From contig MU058387.1 in assembly GCA_013265495.1 (NCBI GenBank), forward strand, positions 868,001 to 932,000: a stretch of DNA of 64,000 bases, read 5' to 3'. Every line of letters begins with the position of its first letter. Positions within the stretch are counted from its first letter, which is position 1. The notes under the pieces were generated by a model. That model was not told where the DNA came from and made no database searches. It saw nothing but the letters and a program-made list of their open reading frames with translations. This document shows positions 1-12,440 of the stretch, piece after piece. A program made the position numbers and the translations under genes. Origin of the DNA: Vicugna vicugna (taxonomy: Eukaryota).

Positions 1-31
1 TAGTCAGTTTACAGTGTTGTGTCAATTTCTG
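1..31 (-). mobile_element. Lineage-specific L1 3' terminal fragment (cut by window edge)
   Basis: Reverse complement matches the L1 3' end seen at 48292-48317 (cagaaattgacacattgtaactgac). Confidence 0.7.
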
Positions 32-419
32 AAATTTTTAAAATTCATGGAGACATGAAATGTTGGCATCTCATTAAATTTTATCAGTAACCTTTGTCTA
101 AAAATCAGTCATGTTCTTGACTTTCCAGTTTTGGTATTCCTACAGCACAATGAAAAATCTAATTGTGAGAAGCCATATTGAAATTAATTTTTATTTTTGT
201 ATTTTCTGTACTGAAAACTTGTTTCCATGATGTTCCTAGAGATTTGAATCACCATTTCTCTGTAGACTTTTATTGCTCTCTTTATATTGATCAACATGAT
301 CTCCCAGGCCTTCGTTACATAATAGAAAAAAGTATATGCTTCAACATATGGTAAGATCTTAAAACAGGAGATACAGTGTGTGATTCTTTGATTCTGTCCT
401 ATCGCAGATCATTATATTA

Positions 420-606
420 TAGCATGGAAGTCAAGTGTGTAGACACTGGGATCAGAAAGCCTAGTTTCAAATCCTGGGTCTGTTGCTCACTAGCTCTGGA
501 TTCTTGGGTAAGTTACTTAAACCCTCTGTGTCTCAGTTTCCTCTGCAAAATAATGATTCTAGTCTCACAGGGTAATTCACATGAAGAGTGAATGAGGTAA
601 TACATT
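420..606 (+). mobile_element. MIR SINE
   Basis: MIR core: tttcaaatcctgg...gggtaagttacttaaaccctctgtgtctcagtttcctc...gaatgaggtaatacat. Confidence 0.85.
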
Positions 607-607
607 T

Positions 608-927
608 ATGAACTCATCTACAACAGAAATAGACTGCCAGACATAGTAAACAATCTTATGATTACTAGGGAAAGGGGGTGGGAAGGGCTAAATTTGGGAG
701 CTTGAGATTTGCAAATGATAACCACTATAAGTAAAAACAGATAAAAAACAAATTTCTTTTGTACAGCACAGGGAACACTATTCAATATCTTGTAATAACC
801 TTTAATGAAAAAGAAAATGAAACAAATGTATTTATGTATATGTATGCCTGGGACGTTATGCTGCACATCCAAAATCGACACATTGTAACTGGCTGTACTT
901 CGATGTTTAAAAAATGGGAAAAAAAGA
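608..927 (+). mobile_element. Lineage-specific L1 3' UTR, 5'-truncated
   Basis: Collinear with the L1 3' UTR at 48030-48317; ends in an A-rich tail. Confidence 0.9.
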
Positions 928-1269
928 TTATCAGATAGATGCTTAGATCTTAACGGATGTCTTAGGAAGGTCTGTGTGTAATTAGAGGAAGTAAATCTTA
1001 GTCTATTAGTGATGATTGGGTAAAAACAAACTATTATCATCAAGGGTATTTCATCATAAGACAACCCAATAAACAGTATCTGTGATAAAAAAATCATAGA
1101 AGTGAGCAAGACACACAGAAAGCACTACATAAATGTCTGATAAATAAAAAAATATATAAAGAATTATCTTCCTGCTACACTTATAAATGAGGTCTAAATC
1201 ACCTGCACACACTTTGGCTCCTCATTTTGTCCACTTCACTGTGGTAGTTCTGGGTGTTTGACACTTGCA

Positions 1270-1315
1270 TTGACTAAAGTCGTTTTTCTCTTCCCTTTAT
1301 CACTCACAGGTAAGT
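1270..1315 (+). other. Juxtaposed 3' and 5' splice-site motif (candidate recursive splice site)
   Basis: ttgactaa branch-like motif, pyrimidine tract cgtttttctcttccctttatcactca, CAG ending at 1309, then GTAAGT at 1310-1315. Motif only; no transcript evidence. Confidence 0.4.
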
Positions 1316-4300
1316 CCATTCTATTATGTACTTATTCTCATACTGATTTTTATTCTAATGTCCACTTGCTTCTCTGCTTTTTCTGCAGAAATTGTGTAGA
1401 ATTGCTTCTAATGATCTTTCTCCTTTGTATTCTAAGCTTATTACAATGAGTAAAACAATCTGATGACTTATTGTCTCCTAGTATGGTCAGCCTGAGCGTT
1501 CACAAACGGAAATGAGATATTTCGTTATAAATTACTTTATTGTTATTTTTTTATGTAACATGTAGGTCTGTCGATTTACTTTTAAAAATGTTTATGTTAT
1601 ATGTGAATTTTACTTCAGAATAGTAAAAAAAAATTTTTTTAAATGTTATAAAAAAAGTTTTCAATTTGGTTGAGAAGTACTGTGTGAGAATACAAAGAAA
1701 CGGTCAAACCTCTCTTCCCTGAGCCCCTGGTCTTTCAGAATCATGCTTGTGGATAATATTGAGAGATGTCACAGCTCTTTTCAGGGTCAAGTGGCTGCCC
1801 AGAACCATGCAGCCAGTACTACTAAAGGAAGAACCAAGAATTCAAGTTTCTTTATTCCTAGTAAAGCCCATAAAACTATAGTTGAAGAGAATTAACATAT
1901 TAAGTTTTACTAAAGCACATATACTGAATGAAAATGCAGAATTAAGGAAAGTAATCAAGAAAGAAATCTTTCTCTTAAATTAATTCTTACCTTTTTACGT
2001 TTTAGGTTAAAACATACGGCTTTTGAGACTTCTGATGACTCCCTTTGCATCTGTAAAAAATATCAGAGCACTTTATCTTGGTTAATTCTATTGTCCGTTT
2101 TGAGTCCTACCTTAGGGACCTTAAGACTTTATACACCTTAAATAATAATTGGAATCAGGAATCGTTTTTATCTCCAAGTCAATAAAGACCCATTAATGTA
2201 ATGTGTTGAGGGAAAAACAAAATCCCAAACCAAAACTCTAAATCATTGTGTCTTCACAATTAAATAGTCTTGAGTATTATTTCCTTTGCTGCTTCAGCTG
2301 AAACAAGGTGGGTCCAAAACCCGTTTAACAAGACCTGAATGAATTTATAAAGTATTTTTTAAACCTATCCTATTCTCCCGAGTTTTAATAATAAAATAAG
2401 CCTTGTTCCTGAAAAATTTTATCAGAATTGTGGTCTAGAAATGATGTGCAATGACTAACCTACATAATATTTGAGCCAATACTGAATGATTGGTTGCTTA
2501 TTACAAATTTGGTCGGAAATTTGGCAAAACGGACTGTGGGAGAGTCATTCTCTCTGTTCGTTATCTTGTGGGTGGGTTGCCCACTGCAAGGGTCACGAGA
2601 GCAGCGTGCTCTGACTTGGACTTTCTTGCAGCTGCAGTCTACCTAATTTGTACTTTGGCACTCGAACGATTATAATAAATGAAGTGCTGCTTAAAAAGTT
2701 TCAGACACACCAATTTTCCCCCCTGTTTGGCAAAGGTGGATTTAATTTGACTTTCACGAGTGCAAAATCCGTCTCCTTAGAAGTTGGTCAAACTATTAAT
2801 TTTATGACAGGGACAACTGAGTACAGTAAACCTTTTCACAAAGCCAGACAGCTTAACCTAATTAAAGGGTTGTTTTGACAGGTGGTTTAAAGTAGAATGA
2901 ATACCATCAAGACCATTTCAAGAAATGAGGTTGATGAATGCCTGGTGTGTGCATGCAGGTGAAAATGTGTTTTGGAAGGGTGTGATGACAGGTCTGTGTC
3001 CAAAGTGTGGAAGGTATACCTCAAGATTCATCTGTGTATACATTTGACAATTCCTTCCTCTTATAGAGATATTTTAAGAAGATGGATTAGATCAAGACCA
3101 CATGAATATCAAAAGATCGAGAACTGACATTCACCGTTAGAGTAACTTGCTTGCCTCTTAGCAGAATTAAAGTAACTCACATTGGAGAGGAGTTATGGCA
3201 GAAATTTAAACTTTGATTTGAGATTTTTCTGAATATTAGTAAAATTTCTCATGTCTGGTTTCTCTATGGAGTTTTTTGAATCCTAAGACTTAAGACAATA
3301 TAGAAATATGGCCATTAGCCTGTCTTCTAATGATTTGACCAGTTCAATCTACTACTTTCTCCCAGCTTTTTATGTCCTTTCATGCAGGTTTCAGTAATGA
3401 AAGGAAACTGATCAATCTTTAACAATGTGTTTCAAGAATGTGCTCTCAAGAGAAGGGTCTCTAGGATGTGTTCTACACGGTTATCATGCATTCTTCCACT
3501 CCATGCGCAACAAGGACTGATGCTCAAAATGCAGTATCTTCTTGACATATTTCCATTTCTCACCCTCTGTTTCTTCTCCTCATCGCTTCAGTGGAAAATG
3601 TTAAGGTGATACAAGGTTCTGGGTCCCAGAAAGCAAAGTAAAACCAAGTCAGTACAGGTGCTCTACAGTCTTTGAGAACCTTGTTATAGTATTATCTAAA
3701 AAGTGATGATTTCTTTGGAGTAAACTTAAAACATTGGTTGTGTCAGGAGTTTCAGAAGGACCTGCCTTAGACAGCATGTCCTTCAACAAATTGCTTCTTT
3801 CTCTCTCTGATAATGGATAATCTCTTCAAAATAATTTATGAGAATTTTTATTTTTATTTGTACTGTACTTATAAAATCTTTAAAATGCAAACTGTCAATA
3901 GATGAAGTGGCACTATTGTTGATGACAAGAATGACAATCAAATGGAGAGCAGGTAACTTACTTAGAGTCATAAACCATAAATTAATCTGTAAATGAATCC
4001 ACAACACTGAAATTCAGTCCAAATCCTTAAAGTTTGAGGCATATTCTCTTAAGCATTATGATTTGCTAAGTATTTACTCTATAAAATTTTGTATTATTCA
4101 AATTTAGTTAGAAAATTTAAAATAAAATCAATTCAAAACACAAGACTTTCCCATTCAAAATGTCTTTAGGCTAACACAGAGCTAGCCTAAATTCTAAAAC
4201 ATAGCTTCTGCATAGTTTATAGTTATGAGGACAAAGAAATAAAGTGAAAATTTTAACTATATTGAATTAATATACAGGAAAGAAAAACTACTGCTAGAAC

Positions 4301-4353
4301 CATAAAAATGTTTTACTGATTTTAAGGTAAATAGAGCTAAGAGGGGAAAAAAC

Positions 4354-4370
4354 TGACCTGGGTTTGACCT
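4354..4370 (-). promoter_or_regulatory. Consensus DR5 nuclear-receptor element (RARE-type)
   Basis: TGACCT-GGGTT-TGACCT, which is AGGTCA-n5-AGGTCA on the minus strand. Function untested. Confidence 0.4.
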
Positions 4371-5019
4371 GGTTTTTTGTAGAAAAAGTGTCACCCGAAA
4401 AAAGGTAGAAAATTCACATTTCTGTCATCATGTAAACGTGAGCATTGACTCATGATCTGGGCTCCAGTCACAAGACCCCGAGCCATTACACACTGGATAC
4501 TGGATTGTACTGCTTACCTACACCAAATCTCCCCTGTATGCTAAGAAGTTCCTAAAACAAAGGGAATGTCATAAGCCACATAAAATAATGGACAAGAAGT
4601 AGAGTAAAACTGAGGGGTTTGCATGGCATTCTAAAAGTTGTAGATCCAGTGAAGAAAGATAAATTATTGACAACTAAGATGATCAAAATAAGAATTCTTG
4701 ATAACAGGTACCTTAGAAATTATATTTAAAACTCAAGTTTAACAACCAGGACTATCGGAAAACCAGGCACTAAAAGTGGGAGATAATAGACAACTTCTGG
4801 AGAGTAGGGCTGGCTTGAATTGAGACTTCAGAAGGGTGTTATGTCCCAGGTGTTATGTCCAATATCTTTTCTCTAAATGTGTATTTAAAAACTACACATT
4901 TCCTTTTGGACAGAGAACAGGATCAAAGTCAGTATCTTTTTCAGTCCATTGACATTGTATGGAAATAGTCCTTTATTGGAATAAACTATTTAGTCAAGAG
5001 ACGGAGTGAAGGTGCACAG

Positions 5020-5020
5020 A

Positions 5021-5047
<27 letters not shown>
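5020..5047. repeat. (CA)n microsatellite
   Basis: Uninterrupted CA run. Confidence 0.95.
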
Positions 5048-5051
<4 letters not shown>

Positions 5052-5059
5052 TAAACGCA

Positions 5060-5190
5060 TATCAGATAAATAATTTGCAAATATTTTCTCTCATTTTATT
5101 TTTTCATTTCTCTTGATTGTGTCCTTTGATACACAAAAGTTTTAAGTTGGATGAAGTCCAGTTGGTCTTTTTCCCCCTTTGTTTCATGTT
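5060..5190 (-). mobile_element. L1 ORF2 fragment
   Basis: tcagata..tttgcaaatattttctc...cacaaaagttttaagttggatgaagtcca, typical antisense ORF2 C-terminal sequence. Confidence 0.75.
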
Positions 5191-5308
5191 CTTTCCCATT
5201 GTTTTACACAACGCACGTATCAAGTCATTTAATACATTTTTAAAAAATGGAATCTGCATGAAGCTTCCCCCAAATCAAATGGGATTTAATACTGAAACCA
5301 TGGAAATA

Positions 5309-5622
5309 CAGGTCAACAATTTCTCATTGCCAATTGCGAAATCCAAAAAGCTATTGAGATAAAACCTTTTTGTAACTCAGCTGAGAGCTCCATCTGCCCT
5401 AAGTGGTCACGAAGCTAGATATGGCCTTTGTTTAGCCCACTGAGCGGGCGCGTTTGTCTATCTTGCTGCAGAAATATTAATGTGTTTGATTATGAGTTGC
5501 TGTTTCAGACCTCACTGAATCCACTAATTGGCACAGGTAATAAATCACTTTTCTAAAATCCAAAATACTCTGAATTTTGAAGGTATCTTGTCCCAAGAGC
5601 TTCCGAAAGGCTTGTGAATCGG
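5309..5622 (+). mobile_element. MER46C-like TcMar-Tigger DNA transposon fossil
   Basis: (ta)caggtc..aat start, gaaatccaaaaagct, gctgcagaaatattaatgtgtttgatta, ttctaaaatccaaaatactctgaatt, degenerate right TIR. Confidence 0.8.
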
Positions 5623-5629
5623 CAGTGAC

Positions 5630-5840
5630 AACAGCAGTTAACAGTGATGTGATACTGTTTCAGTTTCTGAAGGACATTTCTGTATAACACTTGAGCATCC
5701 CCAAAATTTTTGTAGTGGGTTTTATTCCTATTTTACAAGTAAGAACACTGAGGGTCAAAGAGATTAAATGACTTCCCCAAATGTGACAAAGTGTAAGAAC
5801 TGAGAGATTGGATTCCAGGTCTCCTGGCTCCACATCCCAG
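5630..5840 (-). mobile_element. MIR SINE
   Basis: attcctattttacaagtaagaacactgagggtcaaagagattaaatgacttcccc (antisense MIR core). Confidence 0.8.
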
Positions 5841-6039
5841 TGGATGGCGCAGCTTCACTTTGCCAAAGCACACCAGAGGAGATCCACTGACCAAGCTGAC
5901 TCCCACGCAATGTCATTCCCTTCAAAAAGCCAATAGTAGATGTTGATTATATGAAATAGTCTGCAAGTAAAGGGGAAAAAAACCTGTAAAAGGCAGAAGA
6001 CATATTTTCAGGAGTATGTAAACAGAAAAGTATATTACA

Positions 6040-6190
6040 GCTCATACTTACAGAGGTTCCAAACCTCCAGAGACACATTACAGGGAATGTACTGTTATTA
6101 TTTCCGCTTTACACCTAAAGAAACCGAGGCACAGAGTTATGTACTGACTTGTCTGTGATGATCTAGCTTAAGTAGCACAGCTGGGTCTCC
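6040..6190 (-). mobile_element. MIR SINE fragment
   Basis: ttattatttccgctttaca...gaaaccgaggcacagag...tgacttgtc. Confidence 0.7.
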
Positions 6191-6299
6191 AGAATTAGTG
6201 GTGTTACCACTATTCCATACAATGTCACACTATCAAGATCATGAAAGAGGTTTTAAGGCAAAAACATTAAACAGAATAAGCAACCATTTTTTTTAATTA

Positions 6300-7740
6300 G
6301 TGAAGGATGTAATTCACAATGATAATGTAAATAAGTAACTTTGATGAATAAAAATGTATTTAATATTGTCACAAGACAAAGTAATTAGAAAAAATGAACT
6401 TGAAAATATATGTTAAAAGTCTGTTATATAAATTGACAGTAAGTTATTAATTTATCTTTGACAGATAATGAGGTTATAATTACATGGGCTAATTTAATAT
6501 ATCTGTATATAAAACTCTGTTTTCTTTATACAAAGTCTGTAATTCCCTTTCAAATGCATAAGGAATATTTCAAAACTTGATCTATATGACTTCGAAAATA
6601 TCAGTCTCTGAAGCAGATTTTTGAGGCTATCAGACTGAAATAGAAGAGAACTTTACATTAATAAAGTTAACCACCCTCCAACAGCAAAGAAACAAAATGA
6701 TCTTTATCCAGAGAAATTAATAAAACTTTCCAAATACCCAGAAATTTAAAACTTTTGCCAAAGAGGGGAAAAAAAACTTATTATAATGGTAATAATACAT
6801 ATAAAAACTTACGGTATTTATCCCAAGATGTATAAAGAATACTGATATCATTCATTGTTTTTATTATCGAAGAAAAAATGAGAATAAATCAACTACTAAA
6901 AAGAGAAGACACACACACATTCACACACTCACACGTATGAGCCCCTAAGGAGACTAGGTACTAGTGGAAAATTAACAGAGTTGACAAATTAAGATAAAGA
7001 CACGTTTCTTGAAAGATAAATCATTGACAAGTCTGTTTATAAAAAAAGAAAAAAATACAAAGGTTTATTATTATAAAATGGAGGATAAAACCACACTTTA
7101 AAAAAAAAACAGCTTTTAAGCTGTAAGGCCGATAACATAAAAGATACTCAAAATGTGACAAACACACACACTTTTTATGACCATCATGCCTAGAGAACTT
7201 TATAGAAAATTCTAGCAAACCATCCAAGAATAGATACTTCTAGATAATTTATTGAGTATCAAAGCTTAGAAAATAGAAAAAAATATGAACTATTCAAATG
7301 ATAGAATATGACTTTTAACTGTAGATTTCCCAAGATTTAAAAATAGTAATACTACCCATTACTGCTAAGACAGTTAAGGAAATCGTTGTCTCTGGCTAGT
7401 GACTGCAAAAACGAATTACCTTTTTTCCTATGGGCATTTGTTACAGAAATGCTGTAGGACAACTGAGCCAGTAATATGTGTAAGCATTTGATGTAAGGAA
7501 GTAGCAAAAACAAAGTGTGTATTCGGGTATATGTATAAAGATTTTCATTCCAGTGTTGCTTTTTCTACAAATATCAGTATGATTAAATCAATGTCATTAC
7601 ATCCATGTGTCTATAAAATAGACTATTGTTAACTCATCAGGAGAGATGATGTAGAGGTCTATTTATTGATATGCAAATAGCCTCATTGTTTCTGGGAAAA
7701 ATACAGGTAAAAATCTTCTAAAGTTATGTCTATATCCATA
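6300..7740 (+). mobile_element. Highly decayed old L1 (L1ME-like)
   Basis: A-rich tract with patchy ORF2- and 3' UTR-like segments; boundaries uncertain. Confidence 0.45.
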
Positions 7741-7755
7741 TTAGCTTATCTCTAC

Positions 7756-7787
7756 TACACGCGCGCACACACACACACACACACACG
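7756..7787. repeat. (CG)/(CA)n microsatellite
   Basis: acacgcgcgcacacacac...cacg. Confidence 0.9.
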
Positions 7788-8591
7788 TTTATTTATTTAT
7801 AATAACAGTTAAAGATAATGTCCTTAGCACTTGTTAAATATCCACTAGGAAGGAAAGGCTGGGGAAGTCTGGTTCATAGAATGGTTATGGTTCTAACTGA
7901 GGGGAGAAGGATATGACTAAAAGAAGGCCAGCATACGCAAAATCCTGGAGATGGAGTGAGGTGTGTTTGGTGATTGATCTACCTTGGATGAGAAAATGCA
8001 AGAAATCAGGTTTATGGTCAGTTCACACAAGACTTGTTCCTGCGTTCATCATGAGCAAACGGGGTTTATCAGGAAACTTGGACTTCTGGAGTGAAAAATC
8101 TTTTCTCTTGCCCTTCACTGAGACCCATTTGACTCTTTTAGAAACATGGCTTTTGGGGTAATTGATTTGGTAAGATTCTGTGATTATTCCTGCCAGAGCA
8201 CCTGGCATCCATTTGACACTTGATAAATGCCTCTCACATCTGAGCAGGACACAGCAGGTGCTCAGCTAGCTCATGGTGGACTGTCTGCATCTTTGTAAAT
8301 AGCCTCGTCAGACTGTTTCCTGGCAGGTGCACAGCACAGCAAACTGTCATTTCCTGTCCTCTAATGTTCTATTGAAAGTGCTGATGCAGGATTCATCAAT
8401 GAATAGAAACTGGGCCAGTGTCACTGTTCTGTATGTTCCCAATTTTTGGCCATTACAAACCATGATTGCTGTGAACATCCTGTACACAACACTCTTGTTT
8501 TCCTATGTGAATATGGGTGTAAGATACATTCCCCAAACTGGTCAAAATTGTGTGCCTGCTAAACGTCTTTTGTTGTTCATTTGTGGTTGAT

Positions 8592-9257
8592 CTGTTGGCC
8601 ATTTGTGTTCCTTCTTTTGAGAAATGTCTATTCAGGTCCTTTGTCCATTTTTCATTAGTTTTTGTTTTTGGTTTTATGTTTCCTATTAAATTGTATGAGT
8701 TCCTTATATATTTTGAATATTTACCTATTGTCAGATGTATGGTTTGCAAATACTTTCTGCCATTTCATAAGCTGCCTTTGCACTCTGTTGATTGCTTCCC
8801 TTGCTGTGCAGAATCTATTTAGTCTGATGCAATCCCACTTGTCTACTTTTGTTTTTGTTGCCTGTGTTTTTGGTATCATGACCAAAAAAATCACTGTGAA
8901 GCCCAATGTTGAGAAGACTTCCCCCTATGGCTTATTATAGTAGTTTTACAATTTCAGGTCTTATAAATAAGGCTTTAGTCCATTTTGAGTTGATTTTTGT
9001 ACATGATGTGAGATAAGGGTATAGTTTCATTCTTCTACATGTGGACATCCAGTTTTCCCAACACTTTATTGAAGAGACTATACTTTCCCCATTGTGGGTT
9101 ATTGATACCCTTGTCAAAGGTCTAGTAACCATAAATGTATGGATATATTTTTGGGCTCTCTATTCTATTCTGTTGGTCAATATGTCTCTTTTTACACCTG
9201 CACCATACTGTTTTGATTACTATATATTTGTAGCATATTTTGAAATCAAAGAGTATG
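8592..9257 (-). mobile_element. L1 ORF2, inverted 5' portion of a twin-primed insertion
   Basis: Minus-strand ORFs give ORF2 peptides (KCWENWMSTCRRMKL, PKTQATKTKVDKWDCIRL, KWTKDLNRHFSKE). Confidence 0.9.
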
Positions 9258-10170
9258 AAATGAAAATCAAAACCATAATGAAATTATCACCTCATACATG
9301 TTAGGATGACTATTATGAAAAAGATAGTAGATAACAAGTACAGGAAGATGTGGAGAAAAGGGAATCCTTGCACATTGTTGGTGGGGACGTGAATTGGAAT
9401 AGCCATTACAGAAAACAGTATGACAATTCCTCAAAAAATTAAAAATAGAACTACCATATGACCAAGCAATTTCACTTCTGGGCATATATCCAAAGGAAAT
9501 GAGATCTGAATCTCGAAGAGATAGCCATACTCACATGTTCACTGCAGCATTATCCACAGTAGCCAAGAGATGGAAACAATCTAAATGTTTGCCTGTGGAT
9601 GAATGGATGAAGAAACTGTGGTGTATACATACAATGGAATATAATTCCACCTTTGAACATAAGGATACCATTTGTGACAACATGGATGAATCTGGAGCAC
9701 ATTACACTAGGTAAAATAAGCCAGAACAGAAAGACTAATACTACATGATTTTACGTATACGTGGAATCTACAATATGTCAATCAAACACGTAGAAACAAA
9801 GAATAGAATGGTGGCTGCCGGGGGTGGAGGGTAGGTGAGGGAAAATGAGAAGAAGTTGGTCAAGGATACAAAGCTTCAGTGATGCAAGATGAATGAGTTT
9901 TGAAGATCTAATGTACAGCATGGTGATGATAGTTAACAATATTGTATTGTACACTTGAAATTTGCTGAGAGAATGTATCGTAAATATTCTCAACACACAC
10001 ACACGCGCGCGTGCGCGCACGATGGTAATTTTGTAGACATAATGGATAAGTTACTTAGTTTGACTGTGATGATCTTTTCACAATGTATACATATATCAAA
10101 ATGTCAAGTTGTATAGCATGAATATATATAAATTTGATATGTCAAATATACCTCATAAAGTTAAAAAGAG
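9257..10170 (+). mobile_element. L1MA-type ORF2 end and 3' UTR (sense portion)
   Basis: ORF2 C-terminal peptide MFTAALSTVAKRWKQSKC...WCIHTMEY followed by an L1MA-like 3' UTR. Confidence 0.9.
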
Positions 10171-11265
10171 AAGGAAAATAGATGCATGCTGTAAATCTCT
10201 TTCCCCTCTTCTTATTTCCTCCACAATCATTTGTTGTCAGTTTCATTCTGTGGTATCTAACCTATTGTGCTTGTAGACATTGCAGTTGTAACTGAAAAAA
10301 GTTAGGAAAGCTTATTTGCCACAATATTTCTACATCTTGGCAGTATTAACAGTAACTACAATGAATTGTCATAAAATGTGGTTGAGTCTCCATGGACTTT
10401 GTTAACTTTTCAAATTAAACTTTAGTATGTTTTATAGCTTCACACTGTGATTTTACAATGTTACCTTTAGTGAAATTAGTTTATAGAACTAACCTTGTGA
10501 ACTAAATTATTTTAAAATTTAACCCATGCAAAAAAAGTTATCTGGTTCTTAGATGAAAAAATGTGCAATGAAAATTTAAGGCAATCTAAAGATTGTTGAA
10601 TAAAATATATTGAGTTGAATTATTTATTAAAGATGTTATCATAATTTATTAATTCAAATTGCTATTTATGAAAAAGTTTCAAGGATCATAGAATAGCCAG
10701 ATGATTGGAAATACAATGTTTTTCCTAGGATATGCCTCTATCATTTAGATCAACACTGAGCTCCAATAAATACATTATTTTTTCCCTAGGTAGATTACTT
10801 ACTACAGGAGTTCCTGGGTTAGATGTTCTTATAATGAGTGGATCTAGTTCTCCATAGACACCAAAGAATGGTTGCAGTGAGTATCTTCTTCCTGAAGACT
10901 AAAAATATTTAGGACATCAAAAAATGTTAAATCAGGAGCTTTGTTTGTCTCCTTGCTTGAGTTTTATAAGATGCATTAAAAGTAAAGAAATTGAGAGTCC
11001 AATGGATGATAAGGAAATGACCCATGGGGTGGATTTGTCTCACAACATGAAGATCGACTTCAAGGGGAGATGTATTAAATAAAATCTGACTTACTATTAG
11101 ATTTGGATGACTTAAAGCTAATAAATATGCTTTGCACACACACACATGTACGAGTGCACACTGTATTAACAATTCATGTAATACTCTGTAAAGGGGATAT
11201 TCACAGATTCCTTTAACTTTATAGTTCCAATCCTGAGAGATATACTCACAATCTTACTGACAACA

Positions 11266-12410
11266 TTTTTCCTTAAAGCTTTATTGAGATATAATTCAAA
11301 TATCCTATAATTCACCAATTTAAAGTGTACAGTTCAAAGGTATTTGGTATATTCATATAGATGTAACCATCACTACAATAAATTTGAGGACATTTAAATC
11401 ACCCCCCTAAAAATTCCTTGCACCCTTTAACAGTTACTCCCCATTTCCATACAACTCTACCATTCCCTCCCCTCAACCTTTAGCAATCACTAACCTACTT
11501 TCTACCTATATATTTGGCTCTTCTGGACATTTCATGTAAATGGATCCTAAGATAACGTGATCACACATAGCATAACATTTTTGAGATTCATCAATGCTGT
11601 GCTGTATTTCTTTTTATTTCCAAATAATATTCAATTATATGGATGTACCACATTTCATCTATCTGTTCATTAGTTGATGAACGTTTGAGTCATTTCCCCT
11701 TTATGGCTATTATGAGTAATGCTGCTGTGATCATTCATGTACACATTTTTTTGCATGGACGTGTTTTCATTTTTCTTGAGTATATATCTTGGAGTAGGAT
11801 TGCTGGGTCATATGGTAGCTTGGTTTATCTTTTAAGAAATCCCCAAGATTTTTTCAAAGCAGTGGCACAAATTTCCCTTCCCATCAACAATGTATGAAAG
11901 CTCCAATTTCCCCACATCTTCATCAACACTATTATTACCTGCCTTTTTTGATTATAACCACCATAGTGGGTATAAAGTGGTCTCTCTTTGTGGTTTTGAT
12001 TTGCATTTCCCTGATGACTAATGATGTTGAACACCTTTTCATGTACGTTGACCTTTTGTACATCTTCGTTGAAGAAATTCATATTTTGTGCCCAATTTCT
12101 AATGGAGTTATCTTTTAATTATTGAGTTGCAGAAGTTCTTTATTCTAAATTGAAGTTCCTTATCACATATGATTTTAAAGTATTTTCTCCCGTTCTGTTG
12201 ATTGTCCTTTTACTTTCTTAATGGTGTCTTTTGAGGCATCAATTAAAATGTTTTTGAAGTTCAATTTTATCTTTTTTTCCTTTTGGTTTCTTGTGCATTA
12301 GTTATCATATCTAAGAATTTTTGTATACTCAAGGCTATCCAGTTGTCCCAGCACCATATGCTGAAGAGACTATTCTTCCCCCATTTAATTGTCTCGGCAT
12401 TCTTGATGAA
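11266..12410 (-). mobile_element. L1MB-like 3' end
   Basis: ctttattgagatataattca..tttaaagtgtacagttc terminus, then antisense ORF2 (gtggttttgatttgcatttccctgatgactaatgatgttga). Confidence 0.9.
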
Positions 12411-12440
12411 TACTGAGTAAGTTTTGGAGATGATTTTATT

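Noticed and set aside
618..1109. Longest ORF (163 aa, minus strand) and similar ORFs at 48036-48353 and 58962-59354
   Set aside because: Antisense readings of the L1 3' UTR; their mutual similarity is repeat homology.
4835..4860. Short direct repeat ggtgttatgtcc x2 (also tatcaaagtctt x2 near 42390-42420)
   Set aside because: Ordinary micro-duplications; no array structure.
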